The notes beneath the pieces were generated by a model. That model had not been told where the DNA came from. It saw only the letters and a list, made by a program, of their open reading frames with translations, and did no database searches. The position numbers and the translations under genes are program-made. A stretch of 64,000 bases of DNA from Candidatus Levyibacteriota bacterium. GTDB lineage: Bacteria; Patescibacteriota; Microgenomatia; Levybacterales; UBA12049. Below, piece by piece: positions 37,096 to 47,982 of the stretch (positions are counted from its first letter, which is position 1; every line of letters starts with the position of its first letter). Where the stretch lies: NCBI GenBank assembly GCA_029260965.1, contig JAJDCG010000001.1:248012-312011 (forward strand). Reading direction: 5' to 3'.

Positions 37096-39006
37096 TTATC
37101 CAACCTTTGCATATATTCTTCTGAATCCGCGTCCCAGAGCATCCTGCTTTATAATTTTAAATGATTTCACTTCTCCTGTAAATTCTACATGAGGTCCTCC
37201 ACAGAACTCAATAGAATATGATTTTTCAGGATTTTTGCTGTCTCCTCCTATGAAATAGATTTTGGATTTCTCGCCATATGTATCCATAAAGAGTCCGATT
37301 GCGCCCATTTCGTGCGCTTTATCTGTGGGGATCATTTCAAAATGAACTGGTAGGTTTGTTTTGATTTTATCATTTACTATTTTTTCAAGCTCAGTTAGTT
37401 CTTCATCTGTGAGTTTACGATCAAAATTAAAATCAAATCTGACTCGCTCGGAGGTGATATTGGATCCTGATTGGTGTAGATCTGTTCCAAACATGTCGCG
37501 AAGTGCTTTGTGCATCAGATGTGTAGCGGTATGTCCCATGACTGTTTGTTGGGAATGATCAGCAAGTCCTCCACGAAATTTCTGTCCCGCGCCTTTTTTG
37601 GAAAGATCTTTGTGTTCTTTCATCCTCTCTGCAAATTGTTGCTCATCAAATGTATACCCCAAGCTTTTTATTTGCGTAGGCGATAGTCCGTGTGTGGTAT
37701 AGATCACAAATGCGTCCTCAGCTGAGATTTCTGATGTGCCCATAAGTTCATCACCGTATTTTTTAGCAATGAATTTTTTCGCTTTTTCTCGTGTACCATG
37801 ATAATTTTGAGCCTCCTCAAGAATTGTGTTTTTAATTTCTTCGTAATTTGTCTCAATTTCAGGATCTGTTTTTTTATACTGCTGGACAACAGATTCAATT
37901 ACGCTATCAATATCTTTTCCTTTTAATAGGTAAAGATTATCAAGACTTCTCCTTATTAGTCTTCGAAGTATATAGCCTTGATCAGTGTTGGATGGCTTGA
38001 TTTTTGCATTTGTGATAAAAGTAGCAGCTGTTATGTGATCAGCAATTATTCTCATTTGAACCTCATGCCCTTCGTATGTTTTTCCTGTTTCTTTTTTGAT
38101 GGCTTCTATGATTGGCGCAAAAAGCGAGGTTTTGAAAACATCAGGTTGATCCTCAGTTGCAAGAAGTAGTCTCTCAAGTCCGCCCCCAAAGTCAACGTTT
38201 GGTTTGGGGAGGAGTTTGAGGGTTCCATCTTCTTGTTTCTGATACTGCATAAAAACACTATTTGCAATCTCAACAAATCTGCCACAGTCGCAGTTGGGGT
38301 GGCATTTTTGGTCTTTGAATTTTGACTTCTCATGTATCTTGAGATCTGCTCCAAAGTCATAAAAGACCTCAGTACTTGGTCCTCCTGGTTCACCAGCTGG
38401 CATCTTGTCAGGCGGACCGGATCTGGACCACCAATTTTTGTCAACGCCGTATGGAAATATTTTTGCTGTGTTGAGGTTTTGGGAGTTTTCAAATTTTTCA
38501 TCCCAGACGATATAATTTGCTCCTACTTTCTCTAACTCCTTTTTCCAATATGAGATTGCATCAGCATCAAGGCTCAGAGAAGGATTTTTTTTACCCTCTT
38601 TAATAACAGCATTTTCGTCTCCAGCAAAAACAGTAATATAAAGTTTTTCTATTGGTAGTTTCAGTTCAACTGTCAGGAATTCAAAAAGCCATGGGATTTC
38701 TCGATCTTTGAAATAATCTCCAAGCGACCAATTGCCAAGCATGCGGAAAAAGGTGGTATGGCGATTGTTCCCGACCTCTTCTATATCAACTGCGCGGAAA
38801 ACGTTTTGCACATTTACAAGTTTTGTTCCCTCAGGATGCTCCTCGCCCAGAAGATACGGAACAAGTGGCTGCATGCCAGAGGATGTAAAAAGAGTGGTCG
38901 GATCGTTTTTCGGCACAAGAGGCGAGTTGGGGATTTTTTTATGTTCCCTTTTTTCGAAAAATTTAATGTATTTATCTACAATATCAAACGCAGTCATATG
39001 GACCAT
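37096..39006 (-). CDS. alaS: Alanyl-tRNA synthetase, short form lacking the C-terminal C-Ala domain
   Basis: Catalytic core (FTSSGMQPLVPYLLG...RHTTFFRMLGNWSLGDYFK) and an editing domain with HTATHLMHKALRDMFG. At 636 aa it is shorter than typical bacterial AlaRS (about 870 aa). Confidence 0.9.
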   Translation of the reverse strand: MVHMTAFDIVDKYIKFFEKREHKKIPNSPLVPKNDPTTLFTSSGMQPLVPYLLGEEHPEGTKLVNVQNVFRAVDIEEVGNNRHTTFFRMLGNWSLGDYFKDREIPWLFEFLTVELKLPIEKLYITVFAGDENAVIKEGKKNPSLSLDADAISYWKKELEKVGANYIVWDEKFENSQNLNTAKIFPYGVDKNWWSRSGPPDKMPAGEPGGPSTEVFYDFGADLKIHEKSKFKDQKCHPNCDCGRFVEIANSVFMQYQKQEDGTLKLLPKPNVDFGGGLERLLLATEDQPDVFKTSLFAPIIEAIKKETGKTYEGHEVQMRIIADHITAATFITNAKIKPSNTDQGYILRRLIRRSLDNLYLLKGKDIDSVIESVVQQYKKTDPEIETNYEEIKNTILEEAQNYHGTREKAKKFIAKKYGDELMGTSEISAEDAFVIYTTHGLSPTQIKSLGYTFDEQQFAERMKEHKDLSKKGAGQKFRGGLADHSQQTVMGHTATHLMHKALRDMFGTDLHQSGSNITSERVRFDFNFDRKLTDEELTELEKIVNDKIKTNLPVHFEMIPTDKAHEMGAIGLFMDTYGEKSKIYFIGGDSKNPEKSYSIEFCGGPHVEFTGEVKSFKIIKQDALGRGFRRIYAKVG

Positions 39007-39048
39007 TATAGCATGATTGTGTTAGATTGGATTTCAATTTAAAAGCGC

Positions 39049-39078
39049 TTGACAAAGCCTGTGCATGTATGATATAAA
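39049..39078 (+). promoter_or_regulatory. Sigma70-like promoter upstream of rpoB: TTGACA, 18 nt, TATAAA
   Basis: TTGACA at 39049-39054, TATAAA at 39073-39078, about 110 nt upstream of the rpoB ATG in the divergent alaS/rpoB intergenic region. Confidence 0.35.
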
Positions 39079-39191
39079 TTGAGTATTCTCAGTGAGTCAC
39101 TAGATACAAGGGTAGAAACCCGAGTGTCTTTTGTTGTATTGGAACTACCACTACATATTGAGTTCGAACTGCCTTTAATCTTTATTACGTA

Positions 39192-42100
39192 ATGCCTAAA
39201 AATTCCATTGCTACTATAAATCAAGATAACATACGCCAAAATTGGGGCAAGGAATATAGTGTCCTGCCAACTCTTGATCTTCTCGCAATTCAGAAAAAAT
39301 CCTACGAACTATTCCAGCAAAAATACATAGAAGAAATCATTCAGGAAGTATCCCCAGTGGATGATTTTACTGGAAAGAATTGGTCACTTACTTTTCATGA
39401 GCATCAAATTGGAAAGCCTAGCATTGACCCTGAAACAGCTCTCTACAAAGGTCTCACCTACAATTCTCCCCTTACAATAGTAGTAACCCTTACAAATAAA
39501 AAAACAGGTGAAACTCATAATTCAGAGGTTTTTCTTGGAGATATTCCACAGATGACTGAGCGTGGGACTTTTATTATCAATGGAATTGAGAGAGCAGTTG
39601 TCAGCCAGTTGGTTCGCTCACCAGGTGTATTCTTTACTGGTACTCCAGATCCTATTACTGGAAAGATGCTTTATACCGCTGAGATCCGTCCAATTCATGG
39701 TTCATGGCTTGAGTTCTCCACCACGCGTTACCGCACAATTACCGTAAAAATAGACAGAAGAAGAAAATTCCTTGCAACAACATTTTTAAGAGCATTGGGA
39801 GTAGCTGATAATGAGCAGATAAAGGATCATTTCAAAGAGGTGAGTGAGGGTCAGAGCCCGTCACTTATTGACAATACGCTTGCCAAAGATGAAGCAACTA
39901 ATGAGACTGAAGCTTTGATAGAGATTTTCAAGAAAATGCATCCTGGCGAGCCAGTGGTTCTTGAAAAAGTCCGTGAGTATTTTACAAATCTTTTTTTCAA
40001 CAGCAGACGATATGATCTAGGTACTGTAGGGCGATATAAAACAAACAAGAGACTTAAGGATGTTCCAGGCTTTACTCCAACCAAGGAGCAGGTTTTAACA
40101 ATTGATGATATCTTAGCTTCACTTTCATATCTGATGCAGCTTGATAACGGAGATGGAGACACAGATGATATCGATAGCTTAGCTAACAGACGTGTGCGAA
40201 GTGTTGGAGAGCTGGTGGCCGTTAATGCATTTCGTGTTGGAATGCTCAGGGTTGAGAGAAGTATCAAGGAGAGAATGAGTCTTCTTCAGTCAGACGTACC
40301 AATAACTGTTGCGAATCTTATTAATGCGCGTCCGATAATGGCAGCTATTAATGAGTTTTTCCGTACATCACAGCTATCAACTATTCTTGATCAGACAAAT
40401 CCATTGGCAGAGATTGACAATCTTAATAGGCTTACTGTTATGGGAACGGGTGGTATTTCCAGAGAAAGAGCAGCCTTTTCAATCAGGGATATCAACAGCT
40501 CTCAGTATGGCAGGATTGATCCTATCCGTTCACCTGAGGGTCCCAATATTGGTCTTGTAACATATATGGCTCTATATGCCAAGGTTAATGAATTTGGATT
40601 CCTGGAGGCTCCTTATAGAAGAGTTGAAAAAAAGAAGAAAAATGGCAAGGAAGTTGCAATAGCAACTGATGAAATAGTTTACATGGCAGCTGATGATGAG
40701 AGAAGGCATCGAATAACACATGCAGGCGTGAAGATGGCAGATGATGGAGAGATTCTTGATTTGCGGGTTCCTGTCCGCTATAGAGGAGATTTTACAGAGG
40801 TGGACAGCAATGTGGTTGACTATATAGACGTGGTTCCACGTCAGGTTATCGGGACTTCCGCGTCTCTTATTCCATTTATTGCACACGATGAGGCAAACCG
40901 TGCTCTTATGGGAACTCACATGCAGTGTCAGGCAGTACCACTTGTTAATCCCCAGAGTCCAACAGTGGGTACTGGCATGGAGGGAGAGGTAGCATCAGTT
41001 ATGGGCAGAGTAGTAAAGGCTCCATTTGATGGAAAAATAACTTTTGTTGATTCAGAAAAACTTATTCTTGAGGGTAAAAAGAAAGAAAAAGCAAATTATA
41101 GCCTGGATACTTTTGAAAGAACTTCAGCAGCAACTGCCTACACACAGCGTCCTTTAGTGAATACGGGTCAATCTGTTAAAAAAGGTGATGTTTTGATAGA
41201 TGGGCCTTCTGCTGAAAGAGGCGAGCTGGCACTAGGACGTAATTTACTAATTGCTTATGCATCGCTTGATGGACTAGGCTATGAGGACGCTATTGTTATT
41301 TCAGATAGATTGGTTAAGGAAAACGCTCTTTCATCAGTACATATTGAGAAATATGAGGCAACAGTGGTAGAGACAAAGCTGGGTCCAGAGGAGACAACAA
41401 GGGATATCCCAAATGTATCAGAAGAAGATCTGGCTAACTTAGATGAATCAGGAGTAGTGGTTGTGGGGTCAGAGGTTGAACCAGGTGATATACTTGTTGG
41501 AAAGATTGCTCCAAAGGGTGAGACAGAGTTGACAGCTGAAGAAAGATTGCTTCGGGCTATATTTGGTGAGCAGGCACGAGAAGTGCGCGACACAAGTCTT
41601 AGAATGCCACATGGCGAGCGTGGAACTGTGATTAATGTTCAAATTCTTGACCGTAAGCAAGGTGATGAGCTAGAGCCTGGAAGCATGCGAAAGATTATAG
41701 TAGAGGTGGCACAGTTTAGGCATGTATCTGTTGGTGATAAACTAGCAGGGCGTCATGGAAACAAGGGTATTATTTCAAGAATCTTGCCTGTTTCTGATAT
41801 GCCATATCTTGAAGATGGGACACCTGTTGATATAATAATATCTCCTGTTTCAATTCTTGCCCGTATGAATTTGGGTCAGATTCTTGAGGCTCATCTTGGT
41901 TTTGCAGCGGAAAAGTTGGGTATAAAAGTAGCTGCTCCTCCATTCGAGAAGATTGAGGAGGATCGTATGGTTGAGTTGATAAAGAAAGCTGGTCTCCCAG
42001 CTGATGGAAAGAGCCAGCTTTTTGATGGTCGAACGGGTGAGCCATACGAAAAGCCTGTGGTTGTAGGAATAGAATACATAATGAAGCTTATCCATATGGT

Positions 42101-42644
42101 TGAGGATAAGACTCATGCAAGATCAACCGGTCCTTATTCGCTTGTTACTCAGCAGCCACTTGGTGGAAAAGCGCAAATGGGAGGGCAACGTCTTGGAGAA
42201 ATGGAGGTTTGGGCACTTGAAGCACATCGTGCGCGTTATATCTTGCAGGAGATGCTCACCATCAAATCAGACGATGTAGTAGGACGTGCGAAGGCATTTG
42301 AAGCAATTGTAAAAGGAACTGATATTCCAACACCAAAAGTGCCTGAGTCATTTAAGGTTCTTATCAAAGAGCTTCAGTCGTTAGGGCTTAATGTTGTTCC
42401 AGTTGGCGCAATTGCAGCTGATGAGGTTCAAGAAGAAAAGGAAGAGAAAAAATCAGCAGAAACAAAAAATGAGGTTGAGGCTCTAGAAGAGTCGCTAGAA
42501 GCAAAAGTTGTGATAGAAAAAGATGACTTAGCAGCAGATCATAAGGGTGAGCTCGATGTTGCTGAAAGTGGAGATGTTGAAGAAGGCATAAGCAGCTCTG
42601 ATGAAGAGCAAAAAGAAAAAAACACAGAAGAGATTAAGGAGTAA
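39192..42644 (+). CDS. rpoB: DNA-directed RNA polymerase subunit beta
   Basis: Full-length RpoB signatures. The C-terminal roughly 90 aa are an acidic, E/K-rich extension. Confidence 0.95.
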   Translation: MPKNSIATINQDNIRQNWGKEYSVLPTLDLLAIQKKSYELFQQKYIEEIIQEVSPVDDFTGKNWSLTFHEHQIGKPSIDPETALYKGLTYNSPLTIVVTLTNKKTGETHNSEVFLGDIPQMTERGTFIINGIERAVVSQLVRSPGVFFTGTPDPITGKMLYTAEIRPIHGSWLEFSTTRYRTITVKIDRRRKFLATTFLRALGVADNEQIKDHFKEVSEGQSPSLIDNTLAKDEATNETEALIEIFKKMHPGEPVVLEKVREYFTNLFFNSRRYDLGTVGRYKTNKRLKDVPGFTPTKEQVLTIDDILASLSYLMQLDNGDGDTDDIDSLANRRVRSVGELVAVNAFRVGMLRVERSIKERMSLLQSDVPITVANLINARPIMAAINEFFRTSQLSTILDQTNPLAEIDNLNRLTVMGTGGISRERAAFSIRDINSSQYGRIDPIRSPEGPNIGLVTYMALYAKVNEFGFLEAPYRRVEKKKKNGKEVAIATDEIVYMAADDERRHRITHAGVKMADDGEILDLRVPVRYRGDFTEVDSNVVDYIDVVPRQVIGTSASLIPFIAHDEANRALMGTHMQCQAVPLVNPQSPTVGTGMEGEVASVMGRVVKAPFDGKITFVDSEKLILEGKKKEKANYSLDTFERTSAATAYTQRPLVNTGQSVKKGDVLIDGPSAERGELALGRNLLIAYASLDGLGYEDAIVISDRLVKENALSSVHIEKYEATVVETKLGPEETTRDIPNVSEEDLANLDESGVVVVGSEVEPGDILVGKIAPKGETELTAEERLLRAIFGEQAREVRDTSLRMPHGERGTVINVQILDRKQGDELEPGSMRKIIVEVAQFRHVSVGDKLAGRHGNKGIISRILPVSDMPYLEDGTPVDIIISPVSILARMNLGQILEAHLGFAAEKLGIKVAAPPFEKIEEDRMVELIKKAGLPADGKSQLFDGRTGEPYEKPVVVGIEYIMKLIHMVEDKTHARSTGPYSLVTQQPLGGKAQMGGQRLGEMEVWALEAHRARYILQEMLTIKSDDVVGRAKAFEAIVKGTDIPTPKVPESFKVLIKELQSLGLNVVPVGAIAADEVQEEKEEKKSAETKNEVEALEESLEAKVVIEKDDLAADHKGELDVAESGDVEEGISSSDEEQKEKNTEEIKE

Positions 42645-42646
42645 TT

Positions 42647-45600
42647 ATGGATAAAAAGAACAGAAATTTACTAAAAGATTTAAACATAGCGGATTTCAAA
42701 GCGCTTAAACTTCTTGTAGCCCAGAATGAGGATATACTTAACTGGTCATATGGTGAGGTTACAAAGCCTGAGACCATTAATTATCGTACTCTCAGACCAG
42801 AGAAAGACGGACTTTTTGATGAGAGAATTTTTGGCCCAACAAAAGATTGGGAGTGTTATTGTGGAAAATACAAGAGAATTCGCTATAGAGGAATTATTTG
42901 TGACAAGTGTGGTGTTGAGGTTACTCTCTCTAGGGTAAGACGTGAGAGGCTTGGGCATATTACTCTTGCTTGCCCAGTTGCGCATGTGTGGTTTTTCAAA
43001 GGAGCATCAAGTCCCCTGGCTCTTCTTCTCGATGTGCCACAGAAGAGTCTAGAGGCTATTATATATTATGCTTCCTATTTTGTTACAAAGATTGATGAAG
43101 AGAAGAAAAAATCAGCACTCAGCGAGTTTGAAGACACAATTGAGAAGAGAAAAGAAGCATTAAAAGAAAACACGAAGTTAGAGGAAGACAGAATTAGTGC
43201 TGAAGCAGAAGGCAAGAAAAAGGAAATCAAAGACAAAAAGTCCTCAAAAGAGCAGAAAGAGCTTATTGAGCAAGAGGTTGAGCTTGCAAAAAGACAACAG
43301 ATTACGCATCTCTCAGAGTCTCTAGAGGGAGAGTTAAAAAAGATTGACGAGATATCAGACATGGTAGCAAAACTTCTTAAAGGCTTGAGGGTTGGAAGCG
43401 TTCTCTCAGAAGATGAATATTTCAAGCTTCTTGAGTATGATATTCCAGAATTCTACACGATCAAAACAGGATCTGAGGCTCTATCAGAGGTTGTAAAGGG
43501 TCTTGATTTATCTTCTCTTATCGCAACACTGCGTACGGATTCTGAGAAAGCATCAGGGCAACGCTATCTCAAGATAATTAAAAGACTCAGACTGATTGAG
43601 TCTATGAGGAAAGCGGGAATTAATCCATCAGCTATGGTGACAGCTGTTCTTCCTGTTATACCACCAGATCTTCGTCCTATGGTTCAGCTATCAGGAGGTA
43701 GGTTTGCGACATCAGATCTTAATGATCTCTATAGAAGAGTTATAAACCGTAACAACCGCTTAAAGCATCTCTTGCTTTTAGGTGCGCCTGAAATAATCCT
43801 TAGAAATGAAAAAAGAATGCTTCAGGAGTCAGTTGATGCGCTCATTGATTCATCTCAAAGAAGTTCACAGACAGTCGCATCACCTCTTCGATCTCTTTCA
43901 GACATGCTTAGAGGTAAGCAGGGACGCTTCCGTCAAAACTTACTCGGTAAGAGGGTTGACTATTCAGGACGTTCAGTTATTGTTGTGGGACCAGAGTTAA
44001 AACTAACACAGTGTGGTCTTCCAAAAGAAATGGCGCTTGAGATGTTCAAGCCATTTATTCTCCGTGAGGTAATAACTCGTGGTTTTGCAACTAATATTAA
44101 ATCAGCAAAGCGCTATATTGAAAAGAGACCACCTGAAGTGTTTGATATTCTTGAAGAAATTACCAAAAATCATCCAGTTCTTTTGAATCGTGCTCCTACT
44201 CTTCACAAACTAGGTATGCAGGCATTTTATCCTGTTTTAATTGAAGGATCAGCGATTCAGCTTCATCCATGTGTTTGTTCAGGTTATAATGCTGATTTTG
44301 ACGGAGATCAAATGGCGGTGCATATTCCTTTGTCACAAAAAGCTCAGGAGGAGGCAATAAGACTAATGATGCCTGATCACAATCTTTTGAAGCCTGCAAG
44401 CGGTGATCCAATAACTCTTCCAAATAAGGAAATGGCTCTTGGTATGTATTACATAACAACTATTGATGAGGATTTGAGACGTGAAAAAGAGGCAGCGCGT
44501 TCGTTTGAGAGTTCCAATGCAGCGCTTCTTGCTTATGATCTAGGAAAAATAAGACTAAAAGAGCCAGTCAATCTGCGTATTAAAACCTCAGATGGTTTGA
44601 CAAAGACAATAGAAACAAATATCGGAAGAATTATGCTTAACGAGCTTCTTCCTGAGGGCTTGAGGTATATAAATGATAATATTAACGCATCAGCTATCAA
44701 AAAGCTCATTACCAGAGCAATGAAGCAATATTTATCAGAGGAAGTCGCTGCTTTGATTGACAAGATCAAGAGTTTGGGATTTTATGGCGCAACCATATCA
44801 GGTGTGAGTGTATCTGTTTTTGATAATGAAATTGTGCCTGAGAAGACACAGTTGGTTGCTGAAGCTGAAAAGAAAGCAGCAAAGATAGACGAAGAATATC
44901 AAGAGGGTCTTATTACGCTTGCTGAGAAAAAGAGACTTATAAATGATGTCTGGATCAAAGTTACAGATGAGCTCTCATCAATTACATGGAAAAATCTTAA
45001 ACCTTCAAATTCTATAAAGATTAGTATAGATTCAGGTGGATCTCGTGCAGGAGTCGAGCAGCTCAAGCAGTTATCTGGTATCCGTGGTCTTATTGTTGAT
45101 CCATCAGGAAAGATTGTTGAATTACCAATCAAGTCGAATTTCCGTGAGGGTCTTTCAATTTTTGAATATGTTGCATCCGCAAGGGGTTCTAGAAAAGGTC
45201 TAACTGATGGTGCTCTTAAAACAGCAAATGCAGGATATCTGACACGGCGTTTGGTGGATGTGGCTCATGAGGTGATAATTCGAGAGGAAGATTGTGGAAC
45301 CACAGAAGGTGTTTCGATGAAGACTACAGAGAAAACACGCACATCTACTCTTGGAGAGCGTGCGCTAGGTCGTGTATTGGCAGCAAACGTTATTTCAAAG
45401 ACTACAAAGAAAATAATCTTGAAGGTGGGCGAAGAGGTAACAGAGGAAACATCATCTCTTATTGATGAGCATCAGGCAGAAGAAGTAGTCGTGCGTTCAC
45501 CTCTTGCTTGTAAGCTTTCGTACGGAATTTGTGCGGCATGTTATGGTTGGGATCTCTCGACCAAGGAGCGCATCAATCTGGGTGTGCCTGTAGGAGTCGT

Positions 45601-46462
45601 TGCAGCTCAGAGTATTGGTGAGCCTGGAACCCAGCTTACTATGCGTGTTAAGCATTTTGGTGGTGTTATCATGTCTGATGTGACCCAGGGCCTTCCACGT
45701 GTTGAGGAACTTTTTGAGATGAGAACACCCAAAAATCTAGCTCCTGTGTCTGAGATAACAGGTAAGGTCAAGGTTGACATTAATAATGATGGTCACATGG
45801 TTCAGATCAAAAATACAAAGATCAAGCCGATTGAGACTCAGGAGTACTTTGTACCGCTTTCAGCAGAGTTGTCAATCAAGGATGGCGATGAGATAACTGC
45901 TGGAACACCTCTAGCAGAGGGAGATTTGGATCCAAAAGAGGTTCTAAAAATCGGTGGACTGATGATGGTTCAGCGCTATTTGATTACACAAGTTCAGAAA
46001 GTATATGAATCACAGGGAATTGGTATCAATGACAAACATTTTGAAGTTATTGTTCGTAAAATGTCAGACAAGGTAATAGTTGAGTCTGTTGGTGATACGC
46101 CTCTTATCCCAGGTGATTTTATTACCAAGACTAAATTTGAGGAAATGAATGCAGAGGTGTTATCAGAGGGTGGAGAGCCAGCAACAGGTAGGCAGGTGGT
46201 GCTGGGTATTACCAAAGCATCGTTATTCTCAGATTCATGGTTATCAGCTGCATCATTCCAAGAGACAACAAAGGTGCTTACTGAGGCAGCGCTTGAGGGC
46301 AGGGTTGATAATTTACTTGGCTTAAAGGAAAATGTCATCATAGGACGTCTTATTCCAGTTGCAGGTATGGATGGGGAGATGGAGGATCCCTCGAAAGAGG
46401 CAGATGATATATCTTCTGTAAAGGAAGAAAAGTCTGCTGAAGATGTAGTAGTTGTAAACTAG
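42647..46462 (+). CDS. rpoC: DNA-directed RNA polymerase subunit beta'
   Basis: Zinc-binding Cys cluster (CYCGKYKRIRYRGIICDKCGVEV), the catalytic NADFDGD motif and the trigger-loop region. The start is 2 nt after the rpoB stop. Confidence 0.95.
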   Translation: MDKKNRNLLKDLNIADFKALKLLVAQNEDILNWSYGEVTKPETINYRTLRPEKDGLFDERIFGPTKDWECYCGKYKRIRYRGIICDKCGVEVTLSRVRRERLGHITLACPVAHVWFFKGASSPLALLLDVPQKSLEAIIYYASYFVTKIDEEKKKSALSEFEDTIEKRKEALKENTKLEEDRISAEAEGKKKEIKDKKSSKEQKELIEQEVELAKRQQITHLSESLEGELKKIDEISDMVAKLLKGLRVGSVLSEDEYFKLLEYDIPEFYTIKTGSEALSEVVKGLDLSSLIATLRTDSEKASGQRYLKIIKRLRLIESMRKAGINPSAMVTAVLPVIPPDLRPMVQLSGGRFATSDLNDLYRRVINRNNRLKHLLLLGAPEIILRNEKRMLQESVDALIDSSQRSSQTVASPLRSLSDMLRGKQGRFRQNLLGKRVDYSGRSVIVVGPELKLTQCGLPKEMALEMFKPFILREVITRGFATNIKSAKRYIEKRPPEVFDILEEITKNHPVLLNRAPTLHKLGMQAFYPVLIEGSAIQLHPCVCSGYNADFDGDQMAVHIPLSQKAQEEAIRLMMPDHNLLKPASGDPITLPNKEMALGMYYITTIDEDLRREKEAARSFESSNAALLAYDLGKIRLKEPVNLRIKTSDGLTKTIETNIGRIMLNELLPEGLRYINDNINASAIKKLITRAMKQYLSEEVAALIDKIKSLGFYGATISGVSVSVFDNEIVPEKTQLVAEAEKKAAKIDEEYQEGLITLAEKKRLINDVWIKVTDELSSITWKNLKPSNSIKISIDSGGSRAGVEQLKQLSGIRGLIVDPSGKIVELPIKSNFREGLSIFEYVASARGSRKGLTDGALKTANAGYLTRRLVDVAHEVIIREEDCGTTEGVSMKTTEKTRTSTLGERALGRVLAANVISKTTKKIILKVGEEVTEETSSLIDEHQAEEVVVRSPLACKLSYGICAACYGWDLSTKERINLGVPVGVVAAQSIGEPGTQLTMRVKHFGGVIMSDVTQGLPRVEELFEMRTPKNLAPVSEITGKVKVDINNDGHMVQIKNTKIKPIETQEYFVPLSAELSIKDGDEITAGTPLAEGDLDPKEVLKIGGLMMVQRYLITQVQKVYESQGIGINDKHFEVIVRKMSDKVIVESVGDTPLIPGDFITKTKFEEMNAEVLSEGGEPATGRQVVLGITKASLFSDSWLSAASFQETTKVLTEAALEGRVDNLLGLKENVIIGRLIPVAGMDGEMEDPSKEADDISSVKEEKSAEDVVVVN

Positions 46463-46474
46463 AGATCCAAACTT

Positions 46475-46954
46475 ATGCCAACATTATCACAATTATCAAA
46501 AAGAGGAAGAGAAAAAAGAGTTAAAAAGACCAAGTCTACTGCGCTTAAATCAGTCTATAACTCAAAAATGAGAAAATATAAAGAGTATGATTCCCCTCAA
46601 AAAAGAGGTGTTGTTACGCTCGTTAAAACAATGACTCCCAAAAAGCCTAACTCGGCACTGCGAAAAGTAGCCCGTGTAAAGCTCTCAAATAAAACCGAAA
46701 TTACTGCATATATTCAGGGCGTTGGACATACGCTTTCTGAGCATGGAATTGTGCTCGTTCGTGGCGGTCGTGTCCGAGATCTTCCAGGCGTAAAATATCA
46801 TTTGGTTAGAGGCAAATTTGACCTTCTAGGTGTTGATGGTCGTAAAACCTCCAGAAGTATATATGGCACCAAATTACAAAAGGGTGGTAGCAAGGCATCT
46901 GTGGGAGCTACTGCAGCGCCTGCGGCAGAACCAGCGACACCAGCAGTAGAGTAA
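46475..46954 (+). CDS. rpsL: 30S ribosomal protein S12 with an internal insertion and an A/P-rich C-terminal extension
   Basis: S12 core ([17 protein letters not shown]...[20 protein letters not shown]). It carries a roughly 13-aa insertion ([16 protein letters not shown]) and an approximately 25-aa tail ([23 protein letters not shown]). Confidence 0.95.
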   Translation: MPTLSQLSKRGREKRVKKTKSTALKSVYNSKMRKYKEYDSPQKRGVVTLVKTMTPKKPNSALRKVARVKLSNKTEITAYIQGVGHTLSEHGIVLVRGGRVRDLPGVKYHLVRGKFDLLGVDGRKTSRSIYGTKLQKGGSKASVGATAAPAAEPATPAVE

Positions 46955-46959
46955 GCATT

Positions 46960-47433
46960 ATGAGACATAAAAAAGTACAAAAACGAGTTATAGAGCCAGA
47001 CATTATGTATGGGAATCCACTTGTTGCAAAACTGATTAACTATATAATGATAGATGGTAAAAAAACCGTTGCACAGAAGCAGGTTTATTCTGCATTTGAT
47101 ATCCTTTCAGAAAAGGGTGAAAAGCCTGTTGAGTTGTTTGAGAAAGCAATGCAGACAGTTGGACCCAAGATTGAGGTCAAGGCACGACGTGTGGGTGGTG
47201 CTAATTATCAGGTGCCTGTTGAGGTCAAGGCGGATCGTCGTGTAGCCCTAGCCCTTCGTTGGATATTAGAGGCAGCAGGCAAGAGATCAAATAAAGAATA
47301 TCATACCTTTGCGGAGAAATTGGCAGCAGAGCTGATAGATGCTTCCAAAAATGAGGGTGAAGCAGTAAGAAAGCGTGAGCTGATGCTCAAACAAGCAGAG
47401 GCAAATAGAGCCTTCTCCTCCTTCCGCTGGTAA
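46960..47433 (+). CDS. rpsG: 30S ribosomal protein S7
   Basis: 157 aa. The S7 signature is ...ARRVGGANYQVPVEV.... Confidence 0.95.
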   Translation: MRHKKVQKRVIEPDIMYGNPLVAKLINYIMIDGKKTVAQKQVYSAFDILSEKGEKPVELFEKAMQTVGPKIEVKARRVGGANYQVPVEVKADRRVALALRWILEAAGKRSNKEYHTFAEKLAAELIDASKNEGEAVRKRELMLKQAEANRAFSSFRW

Positions 47434-47444
47434 ATACTTGGGGG

Positions 47445-47951
47445 TTATTCAAACCTAAAAAGTTCAGGATTTTTTTGGACCTCATCTGATTTGAATATGC
47501 CTCCATTCATACTTATATAGACTCCTGGATCTATGGTTTGAAAAGATGCGATTGCAAAGCCTAGATTAAATCCCGCATCTGATGCAGAAAAACCTGTTAT
47601 TGGGATCATTGATCCAGTGAGAATTATTTTTTTATTTTGAAATGATTTTTGTTCTAAAAAGTGGGCTGTTTCGACCATGGTAAAGGTGCCATGAGTAATG
47701 ACAATATGCTCGTGTGGAGTTTCAGCAATAACTTTTGTCAATTTTTCTCGGTCATCATTTGTAATATCTCTGCTATCTTTTCTAGCTACCTTTTCGGTGC
47801 TGAAGTTAAAATGTGGTTTTATTATATTTTCGAGGTAACTGTCAATCGTTGTATCGAGCTTTAATAGATTATTGTTTATCTCTTCATAAGCAGGATCTAT
47901 AAATTCGATCGTCCCCCCCATCTTAATTATGTGAACATGTATTTTCTGCAT
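47445..47951 (-). CDS. L-asparaginase family protein, N-terminal domain only
   Basis: GGTIxxx motif (IKMGGTIEF) and ITHGTFTMVETAHFL matching asparaginase and GatD N-domains. It is 168 aa, about half of a full asparaginase. Confidence 0.5.
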   Translation of the reverse strand: MQKIHVHIIKMGGTIEFIDPAYEEINNNLLKLDTTIDSYLENIIKPHFNFSTEKVARKDSRDITNDDREKLTKVIAETPHEHIVITHGTFTMVETAHFLEQKSFQNKKIILTGSMIPITGFSASDAGFNLGFAIASFQTIDPGVYISMNGGIFKSDEVQKNPELFRFE

Positions 47952-47982
47952 TTGGATAATTATATCATGTTATAATTCAGAT

